The notes under the pieces: model-generated
What the model was told of the DNA's origin: nothing
Databases searched by the model: none
What the model saw: the letters and a program-made list of their open reading frames with translations, nothing else
DNA from: Tricharina praecox
Taxonomy: Eukaryota
DNA length: 64,000 nt
Assembly (NCBI RefSeq): GCF_024521635.1
Contig: NW_026250403.1
Coordinates: 1,054,001 to 1,118,000, forward strand
Direction: 5' to 3'
Translations under genes and position numbers: made by a program
In this document: piece after piece, positions 13,147-23,152 of the stretch
Numbering within the stretch: the first letter of the stretch is position 1
Layout: each line of letters begins with the position of its first letter

Positions 13147-13673
13147 TATCCATCTCCGCGCTGATCCATTTAAAGTACCTAGTGCTCCATCTCCATTATA
13201 TCCACCGCAGGCTTGCCCCAAGTCCAGCGACCCACGCTACATACCACCATTGACTTTCTTCTTGCGTCTGAGAACAGCATGGAGAGCAAACATGGCCTCT
13301 CTCAAGACCAGAAGAACAAAGGTCGCTGCTAAGATGAAGAGAACCGCAGCCACAAAGATGATACTCCCAACCGAGGACCACTGTGAAACGTGCAAGAAAA
13401 TATTCCAATCCTATCCATCTCCGCGCCAGTAGAATAAAAGTAGTGCTCCACCTCCATCATATCCACCGCAGGCTTGCTCCAAGTTCAGCGACCCACGCTA
13501 CATACCACTATTGACTTTTCCTCTTGCGTCTGAAAACACCACGGAGAGCAAACACGGCCTCCCTCAGAATCAGAAGAACAAAGGTCGCTGCTATGAGGGA
13601 GATGGTCGCGGCGACAAATACGACACTCCCGACCGAGAACCACTTTGAAACGTGAAAGAAGATATTCCAATCC
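13147..13673. repeat. Head-to-tail diverged tandem duplication, units ~13147-13411 and ~13412-13673
   Basis: Both units begin tatccatctccgcgc, share tagtgctcca..ccaccgcaggcttg..cccacgctacatacca and end ..tattccaatcc. Each covers the last ~55 codons and 3' flank of the DUF6601-like gene. Confidence 0.95.
13237..13410 (-). pseudogene. Orphan duplicate C-terminal segment of the DUF6601-like gene (open frame, no start codon)
   Basis: Translates DWNIFLHVSQWSSVGSIIFVAAVLFILAATFVLLVLREAMFALHAVLRRKKKVNGGM*. The gene's own tail is DWNIFFHVSKWFSVGSVVFVAATISLIAATFVLLILREAVFALRGVFRRKRKSQ*. Confidence 0.75.
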
Positions 13674-14464
13674 GGCGACTGCGATCCGTCGATAGCGGCG
13701 AGGACCACCTGCATAGCGGAGAGCACCACGCTCGCCGTGCCGAAGACGAAGACGAACGGCTCCACGAACTGGCCGAAATACGTTCCGTACTGCCCGTACG
13801 GCTTGTGGTAGTACATTTCGAAGCGAAACACGCGGTTCCAGAAGTTGACGCGGCCCAGCCGTAGGTCTCCGTAGCGGTATCGCCTCGACACCGTGTCGTC
13901 GGGGATCTCGTGGAATTCTCGCAGAATGGAGAAGAAGTCGCGCCATGGGGCGCCTTGGGCCTTTGACTTCTCTAACTGCTCGATCAGCCGTCGCGGGAGG
14001 AGCTTGAGCTCAATCGCTACTTCGAGATCGGACGGACTCTGGAGGAGGTATGTGTAGGAGCGCAGATAGCCACGGATAGCCTTTTCGACGGCGGAACCTT
14101 TGACTACATACTGCTGTTGGAAAGTTTCATCGAACAAGTATGACGGGAGCGGCTTGATGAACACCCTGTTGCCGTGCCATAAAAGATGTAGGGACGCCTT
14201 CTCGGTGATAACTATCTCGCGCTCTCGTACCAGCTGTTCGTGAAGACTGGAAATGTGTGAGCTTTTCGGCGTGGCGACCAGCCAGAGCCAGGGAGACAGT
14301 TCGTCCAGTGCGCTGGTGAGAAACTGGGTCTCGAGGAATTTCTTGATTTCGTCGTCGCCACTAACGAAAGGGTAGTTCGGAACTTCCGATGTGTGGGAAG
14401 TCGGTATGTATACTGGCTCGCGCGGGGGATCCTCAACTGGGCGTTGCTGTATAATCGTACTCAT
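13508..14464 (-). CDS. DUF6601-like fungal protein with two C-terminal transmembrane helices, ~318 aa, intronless
   Basis: Motifs LDELSPWLWLV, ISSLHEQLVREREIVITE..LHLLW...VFIKPLPSYL, GYLRSYTYLL and RRYRYGDLRLGRVN, then hydrophobic FVFVFGTASVVLSAMQV. The start could instead be the ATG at 14482. Confidence 0.8.
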   Translation of the reverse strand: MSTIIQQRPVEDPPREPVYIPTSHTSEVPNYPFVSGDDEIKKFLETQFLTSALDELSPWLWLVATPKSSHISSLHEQLVREREIVITEKASLHLLWHGNRVFIKPLPSYLFDETFQQQYVVKGSAVEKAIRGYLRSYTYLLQSPSDLEVAIELKLLPRRLIEQLEKSKAQGAPWRDFFSILREFHEIPDDTVSRRYRYGDLRLGRVNFWNRVFRFEMYYHKPYGQYGTYFGQFVEPFVFVFGTASVVLSAMQVVLAAIDGSQSPDWNIFFHVSKWFSVGSVVFVAATISLIAATFVLLILREAVFALRGVFRRKRKSQ

Positions 14465-16932
14465 CTTGAAGTTTGACGACATTAATCGAGTGACGTGCTG
14501 TGCTTTATGTACTGGGGTTCGAAGCCGACCTGCATCTATTAAGTTCTGCTGAGCCGGAATTTGGAAAAAGAAAAGTAGGAATCGCTGGAGTTCATGTGTG
14601 CAGCCTTGCATAACCTAGAAGCACAATGCGGATTCGAGGGCGAAACACCGCAGCATGCGCAATTTATGCCGCCAACAATATATGCTAGGCTGGATACGCC
14701 AGATATCTTACATTCCATTCGTCTGGTTTCAAGCTCGGAAAACATTTTTGGGGGGTAGGCCCGAGATGGTCTGTTGTAACTTGTGACAAATGCCTTGTGA
14801 TCAACTTCACTGGAGGGGGGCTCAAGCTCGCATATGTGAGTATGTACATAACTACCGTACCTAGTACACTGTACATAGTCGACGATTGGCGGGTGTAAAT
14901 TGTGAGTTCTCTTCGGCAACACTCGTTTGTGCGTAGATAAGGATTGCGGGGTAGGTATTGCGAACACAGCCATATTTTGACAGCACTGACTATCCGGTGC
15001 CGGTCCCATCGCCCTAAAGGAGCCTGTTTCAGAGCTTTGGGATATTTACACAGGGTCTTTAGACACATCCGTTCCGAATCCGTGCGTTCGTCTCCGGAAG
15101 AACCCATACCGCCCTAACTAAAGCCACAGGACGGCTTCCACGTGAAGTAATCAAAGCCTGAAGGTACGTGGTAGAGTGCACACCCCATGCGGAAATCCAT
15201 CCGTCAGTTCGTCCAGCCTCAAAATGACACAACCGCAGATGAATTGCACACATGCGGGGGAAGTAAGACAACGTTTCATAATCCTATCTGTGAGCAAAAA
15301 TACTATATACTATGGTTACTCAGGTGCCGCGTTTCTTCTTCTTCTGCTTCGCTGTCCTGCTGTCAATGGATGAAGTTGAACCCCCAGAGCCTTCTGGCTC
15401 GGCGGTAGGGGAGGAGGGACGTATTGACCCTTTCCATGGACGGAAGAAGATGGGATCTCCGGATCAGCACCAACCTCGAGCTCGGGGCTATGAGATGGAT
15501 GGATAATATAATAGATGATAATATTGATATCGTGAGCCTTTTCCTGCGCCGTGGAGCCTCTTCATGTACTGGTATGCACAGTACTATAGATGCTTCAGAA
15601 TACTATAGAACGGGCAACCCCCTATCAAGCTGTGAATCCGGACCGTGCGGAGTGTGGTACTACCACAGTATTCCGGGGCTAGTTAATTACCATCGTACTC
15701 TGGGGCTGCGGGCAATGTCACCGCAGCCACGAATCATCGTCTCCGTACATAAGTGCATTCCGACATCGATATCGATATTAAGGGCTATGGCTGTGGAATT
15801 TCGACGGGTAGATAAATTAAAGCATTGTAGGTAAGCCACTAAAACAGAATCAGTGGGTCAACCCCAGTGTAGCTCGAATGGAGGAGAGTATGATCCGTCA
15901 CTATCCATCACTCACCGCCTCTCATCACATTCCACCAACCAACCTATGGCCATGAGCGGTGCGTGGAGGTTGAATTCGAATACGATACCTGTGTAAGACA
16001 AAAGAGAAGCGAGAGGCGTTTGGCTACTCGCTGCGTCACTGCCAGCCCAGCTCCGGTCATACTGCATACTATAATAGAGCAATCATGTATGATCGAGGCT
16101 GGACCTGGGGGTATGTAGGGAGTGCACCGAGTCTGTTATCAGAACTGCAGACTCCGGCCAGAGGGGAGCACGGATTGCTATGATCTCGTATTGACAGGTC
16201 GCGTAAGATAAATGAAGAAACACAACAAAAGTGAGAAGAATGTGGACAGGATTGAAAAACCTCACGCCGCCATTGTCTAGATAGGTAGACTGTATCAGAG
16301 TATCATACGATTTAAAAAGGGGGGAAGAGGGAGGGGGTAATGTGTGCTCCCCGACGCCAGGCGGGATTTCCGGTGTATGTAGGCACCAGCGGGGCCCTTC
16401 CGGTGACCCTGGATGCATAATGATCGTTTTCTTGACCGAGTCCGGTTATGCCGTGGGTGTACTATGTCTCACCTGTCCCTTCATTCCGCCTACATATGTA
16501 GGTGCGTTGGCCCGTGTGCACTACATGAACGCAGGGAATCGAAAAACAAAACATATGCTCCATCTACTTGTGTTTGTATGTATGTTCCATATCTTCAATT
16601 GGTCTTCGTACATTGTGCTTTTCACTTTTAGCCTCACAATGTGATCGCATGCGGACGGCTACGTGTACATGGGCGAAACTCAGAGTTGAGCACAACCCCA
16701 CCTTGAAGCCTACCACTTATCGCTCCTCCCCCGAGACTCTCCCCCAACCCCACGACTGTGTTTTGTTTTGACGAATATTGAAGATACCTCGCATCTCCTG
16801 GACACACGCCTCCATCGTTGTAGCTTAGACGCCATCCACACAGCAGCAGATTACCGGTGTACTGAGGGGCACCCATCGTAGCGAAAACAGCGGTTCAAAC
16901 ACACTTTCGGATCGTGGACAACATCGCCCATC

Positions 16933-19900
16933 ATGTCTAACACGTCGGCTCTCCTGGTGATCTATTACACATCGTTTTTCATCAGTATCTTTCTGGCCCG
17001 CAGTTATCTCTGGAAGGCCTTGCCCTTGGTCTTTTCCGCTTTTCTGCTCACAGCCGTCTACTTCCGAAATCTTCTGGATCCGCAGTCCAAGTTTCTCTGG
17101 GGAGTGATACTATGTGTTCTTGCATTTCTCCTGCTGGCACTTTCGCCGTTGCAGTTGCTTCTCGCTCGTGAGAAGCGGGAAATTCCCAAGACCCTCGAAG
17201 TGCTCTACCCACAAGGCGGCGATGAAGATGCAACTGAATTCAGAATGGAGTGCGGCTCCCCACCCCCGTGTGAGCGCCCTTGAGACTCTGGCTATGGCTG
17301 ACATGGACGAAAAATCCACGTAGTATCGTCGCCGTCCACGGCCTTGGCTCTTCTCCGAAGCGAGCGTGGGTACATAAAGGAACCAAAATGTGCTGGTTAA
17401 GTGACTTCCTTCCAAAAGACATCAAAGGAGTTCGAGTTTTGGCTTTCAACCATGATTCCGGCTATTCGCACGATGCGTCGAAACTTTCGCTGCCAGACTA
17501 TAGCCTCGAGCTCTTGAGAGCCTTGGATGGCAACAGGAAATCTCAGGAAGAGAGGGACCGTCCGATAATCTTCATAGCACATAGTTTCGGAGGTCTTCTC
17601 ATAAAGCGGGTGTGAACTTTCTCTGTCATGTGCTATTCATTGCCACGGTTCCCCTTTGCTAACAAATTCCTAAGGCACTTGTTCAGGCCAAGTCCAGCAC
17701 TGAGAGTTACTCATATCTTCAAGACATGGTGAAAGGAGCCGTCTTCCTCGGCACCCCTCACCACGGATCCAGTATGTCAAAACTTGCCAAGATAGAAGCC
17801 ACGTTGTCGTACTGGGCCGGATCGCGGACGGAGCTTCTGGAGCTTCTGACTCCAGGCTCGCAGGAAAACCAGCAACTGAACGAAGATTACATTAGGGCCT
17901 ATGATCAAATCGAACACGTCGATTTCTATGAAACGAAGGAAGAGAGATTGCCGTGGTTGGGTATAAAAACCGGAGTGGTGCGTACTCGTGCCAGGCATTC
18001 AATCTTCACATTGATTCTAAAATATCCAAACATGTCCAGTGCGTCGACAAAACCTCGGCGATTCTGTCAGTGGGAAAATTTGGAATTCCACTGGCAGCTA
18101 CCCACCGAGAGCTCAACAAATTCCCTAATCTTGAAGATCCCAACTATCTGAGGGTCAAAAATGAGATTGTCAGAATATGGAACACGGATCAGAAGCCTTC
18201 CCAGCAAGAAGGTGGGGCATCCCTGGATTGATCGATTTAGTCGAAATGCTAAAAACAAGGTTTAGCGCAAAACAGAACCGCTGTTCTCAAATGGCTCATG
18301 CCCTCCGAGTTTGATGCTGAAGATGACGACTATGTGCGGAAGAGAACACTTGGAACTTGTCGATGGCCTTGTGAGATGGACGAGTTCAAAATATGGGATG
18401 CATCTAGCAAAAGTGGCGATGAACTACCTGTCTTATACATCCTGGGGAAGCCGGGCTGTGGGAAATCATTCATCGCTCAGGTAGGCAAAATCCTACCGGT
18501 CCTTTTTTTTAAAAAAATAGCGAAACCGTCGCTGATTTACTACAGTACATGCGAAGGAAACTTCAGGAAGATACGTCTCCAGTGGTTTACTTCCACTTCG
18601 ACTCGAAGCGGCTGAACAGCGACAAGAGCACGGCTCTGGCGTTTTTCCGAACCATCATCTATCAGTTGCTCAAGCAAACCACGCACATAGCCGCTGTGAA
18701 AGCAAGCTTCAAGAAGGCGATTGCTCTGATGCAAGAGAAGGACGCCGATACCAAACTTTCGGATTTTCGGAAACTTCTCGAAGAAATACTGTCGGAATTC
18801 AAAGAAGTGCGGCTTGTCGTCGATGCTTTGGACGAGTGCGCTCCTGGGCCGGACAATCGAGCTCACGTGAAATATTTCATTTCTTCTACCAGGTGTCTTC
18901 GATCGATCGTCACGAGCCGGCCGGAGCCGGACATCCTGAAAGATGCCCTGAACCAGAAGGAGGCGTGCAAGTCCGCTGTGACCGAAGTGCGAAGCGAAAC
19001 AACGGATGCGGATATTTCTCTATACATCAGAGAAAGGCTGAAAAAGATTCAGTCGGTCAGAGGGCATCCCCTTCTGCAAAAGAAGATCGAGCAGAGGTTG
19101 AAGGAACAAGCGCAGGTGCGTTTATCTTTTAGCGGGCATTCCGGGTATGTATAGCTGACCCGCATCATGATTACAGGGCACGTTCCTTTACGTGAGACTG
19201 GTGCTGGATCAAATCGAACAGGAAGCAGAGACGGCAGAGGAGATTGAGGTCATTCTGGATGGCCTGCCCGACGACCTCCAGGGACTGTACAAACAGGCAC
19301 TTGAAAAGATTCAACGAGATCACAAGAAGGATCCTCCAAAGCTCATGAGGTGTGTGAGCATTTTCCATTGGCTTCTCACGGCCCAGCGCCCGCTCAAGGT
19401 CGAAGGGTTACACCTGGCGCTTAGGGCTGAGAAGTTGAATGGCAAGAAGCACCCAACCAACGCTGATCTCGGTGCCAAGTTATTGAACCCCGGAGGGGTG
19501 ATACAAAAAGCCTGCTTCCCTTTGGTCGAAATTCTCGCTGATAAGACCGTCCGCATTGTTCACTTTTCCGTGGCGCAGTACCTTCGCAAAGGAATCCGCG
19601 AGACAGAGGTCGCGGTTGAACCTCCAAACGACTCCCAACGCTACGCTCACGATAGGGCGATACTCCGGAACAGCTTAGAAGTATTTTACTACGAGGAACT
19701 TCCCGCCAACAGTAAGGTCGCCGTAGCGTGTGTGCTCTACCTTTCGATCACGATGGGGGCTACACTGGGAAAAGAGCAGCCAAAGCCCGTTCCTATCACG
19801 GCGCGGGATCAAGACGTATGCTTTGAATCCTCTCCGATTGCAGTCATGACCTGATTCTGACGGTATCTGGCAGTCCGAGTGCTATGATTTCCTGTCGTAC

Positions 19901-22900
19901 GCAGTCGCACAGTGGCCCAGTCATCTCCTGAGGTCGGAGGAGGACTTCGGAATTCACCGCGAAACGTTGATCAAGTTCTGCAATGCGGATAATCCGGCTT
20001 TCACTGCGTGGATTCGAGACCGAGCAAGCCTAGACGGATTATTCAGAGTCACATTCCGATTGGAAACGGGAGCTACGATACTGCCGAGTCCGCTGCACGT
20101 CACGGCGTACTGTCGCCTGGAGCAACTATCGGAAGGCGTGATCGGAGAAGATGAGTTCGCGACACGTGCGACAGACGCAACGGGGGCGACACCATTGCAT
20201 ATCGCAGCCGAACAAGGCTCCGGTCCTTTAGTCAAGCTTTTTTTGGAAAACCTCGCCGTTCGAGATGCCAGGGATGAAAATAAGCAAACACCATTGCATC
20301 GAGCAGCTACCAACGGTCATTTGTCGCCGGTCGAAGAGCTGCTCAAAGGGGATGAAGCCGATCCCGACCCCCGCGATCGGTACAATCGAACGCCATTGTT
20401 TCTTGCAAGCCTCTACGGCAAGCCCGACGCTGCTCGTGAATTACTCAAACACGGCGCAAGCCCTGAGTGTGAAAGCATTGGAGGGGAAACGCCACTAACA
20501 GCGGCTATCATCAACGACCATGTTTCTGTTGTCCAAGTTTTGCTGGATGCTTCGAGAGGGGGGGATTCGGACGATTTTCGGCTTCCTAGTACTGCCGTCA
20601 ATTCTGCCGCATGGAAAGGATACTACGAATTGCTCAAGCTCTTGCTGGAGAACAGGGTAGTGGACTTGACTGCAACGGACAGTGTGAAGCAGACTGCTCT
20701 CCACGCGGCAGCTACAAGTGGGCATGAAGATGTGGTAGAACTGCTTTTAAGATTCGAAGCCGAGGTCGACGCTCTCGAGCAATCCGACAGAACTCCCTTG
20801 TACTTCGCTGCCGAAAATGGTCGCTTGGGAATCGTGAAACAGCTGCTGAAAGCCGGAGCGCATATCAACGCCCTCGACCGACGGAACCAGACCGTGTTAT
20901 TCAAACCTGCCGGGAAAGGACATGCCGAAGTGGTCGAGGTCCTTTTAAAATCCGAAGTTAACGTCAGGGCTGTTGACCATTGGGGCCGCACTGCCCTTCA
21001 TTGGTCGGCTTGTAGTGGACGGCCAATCACCACCAAAATGCTCATCGATGCCGGTGCCCTCCTGGAGGCCAAGGAATGGGAGGGCAGAACACCGCTTCAC
21101 TGGACGTCTCAAAGCGGGAGAATCCAAGTTATTCCTATCTTGCTGGATGCCGGCGCGAGTACCGCCGCCCAGGACAACACCGGTTACTGCCCCATCCACT
21201 TGGCTGTCGAATCAGGGAAACAAGACGTGCTCGAAATCCTTTTACCAAAATCGAATGTGGATAGCCAAGACGCACAGAAGAGAACACCACTCCACATAGC
21301 CTCGGAACTGGGGTACGTGAGTATTGTTAAACAGTTGCTGGCTGCCAATGCCACTCTAGAGTCAAAAGATGCAATCTCTCGCACCCCTCTACACTATGCG
21401 GCCGGACAAGGAAACTTGGAGGTGGTTGTGGTTCTGTTGGAGGAGGGATGTGTTGCGGATTCTGTCGATGGCCACCATCAAACACCATTACACCTCGCCG
21501 CATCGGAAGGGCACGACGACGTTGCTGCCAAACTGATGGAAGTCCGACCAGACGCCCTGATCGCCGAGGACAGAGCGAAACAGACGCCTGCTGATGTAGC
21601 ACAGTCCAACGGCCACATCGCATTGGCAGAGCGATTGGAAAAACAGGCGAAAGAAGTACGGGATACCCATTTCTCACAGCAATCCGAACTTCACAAGGCG
21701 GCCCGCCGGGGTGATATGGATCGCGTTCGAAAACTTCTTGAAACAGAGACGCCGTCCCTTGACTGGTGGGGAAGAACACCGCTGCACTGGTCCGCAGAAG
21801 AAGGCCATGATGAAGTTGTCGAGCTCCTCGCGGCAACCGCGATCGATCCCAACATTGCCGACAACACGAAGAAGACCGCGCTGCACCTGGCCATCGAAAA
21901 CCGCCACGAAAGGTCAACCAAGATTCTCCTAGGGGCCGAAGTTTCGCCGGATGTTGCCGACGTTTTCGGAAGAACACCTCTCTACTGTGCTGCAGACAAC
22001 GGATCATATGACGTCGTGCATAGTCTACTTCTTCTCTCAGGCGTCAGCGCAAATGCTAGCGATCGATGGGGAAGAACGGCGATTCACCAAGCCTCCCTCA
22101 ATGGACATGTAACCGCCGTACATCTTCTTCTCCAGCACGGCGTTGATGTGAACGCCAAAGACCTGAAGACCCGCACGGCGCTTCAGCTGGCCTCAAAGAA
22201 TGGCCACGGCCCTGTGGTGGACGAGCTCTTGGCGCAGGAAGGCGTTGACGTCAATGCGACAGACGGGAAACAACGTGCCGCCTTGCATCGTGCCGCAAAA
22301 CAGGGCCGGGAGACCGTGGTGCCACGGTTGCTGAACAGCGGTGCCGATGAGTCTCTTATAGATGCGGATAAACGTCTCCCACTTCATTTGGCAGCTGGTT
22401 GCAGGAATAACGAAGTGCTGCGCCGACTCTTGCGTCCCGAATACGTAAACCGACGGGACAAAGATTATGATATCCCCCTCCTCTTGGCCGCACAAACAAA
22501 AAACGTTGAGGCCGTACTCATGTTGGTGGAAGCTGGATCGGATGTCAAGCTTTGGAATGGCCTGGAGCAGACCTCCTTGAATATCGCTGCAAGAGAAGGC
22601 GACGAAGCAATGGCGCGAGCCCTTCTCGAACGTTACCAGGACCTTCTGCTCGTGAACAAGCTCGATTACTTTGGTATGCATCCGATTGCATACGCCGCAC
22701 AACAAGGCCGCGTCGAGCTGGTAAGTCTTCTGCTCGATGCCGATAGCGATATCAAGCTGGTCTCCGATCGCCAATGGACGGTCCTTCACCTGGCAGCGGA
22801 GAAGGGCCACGAGAAGGTAGTGGCTCTGCTCCTATCGAAGGGTGCTCGCACAGATGCCGCCACCTACCGCACTCGGAAGACACCGTTACATGTGGCTAGT

Positions 22901-23152
22901 GAATACGGGTTCAGCCTGGTCGTGCGACAGCTGCTCAAGGCCGGTTCGGATGAGAATGCACTCACCAAAACGAACGACACGCCGATGCATCTGACGGTCC
23001 GCAACGGTCACCAAGATGTTGTCGAAGAACTCCTCAATGTCGGTGCCAACATCGATGTACGGAATTCCGACGGCAAAACCCCAGAGGCAATTGCCAAAGA
23101 ATGCGGCTGGAAGGAAATCGAAGAGTTACTGCAGCAGAGCAGGAATAAGTAG
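16933..23152 (+). CDS. Fungal NLR-like protein: N-terminal TM segment, SesB-like alpha/beta hydrolase, NACHT-type STAND NTPase and ~31 ankyrin repeats, ~1926 aa
   Basis: Exons 16933-17249, 17324-17609, 17675-17977, 18040-18211, 18266-18480, 18546-19115, 19177-19815 and 19874-23152, all GT..AG and in frame. Hydrolase motifs DIVAVHGL, IAHSFGG, FLGTPHHGS and HRELNKF. Walker A GKPGCGKS, Walker B LVVDALDEC, sensor VTSRPE, also GTFLYVRL and VHFSVAQYL. Repeated TPLH..A motifs. Confidence 0.92.

Noticed and set aside
17250..17323. Apparent separate small membrane ORF 16933-17283 upstream of the NLR
   Set aside because: Its stop lies in a canonical intron. Splicing restores ..FRMDIVAVHG, making it exon 1 of the NLR.
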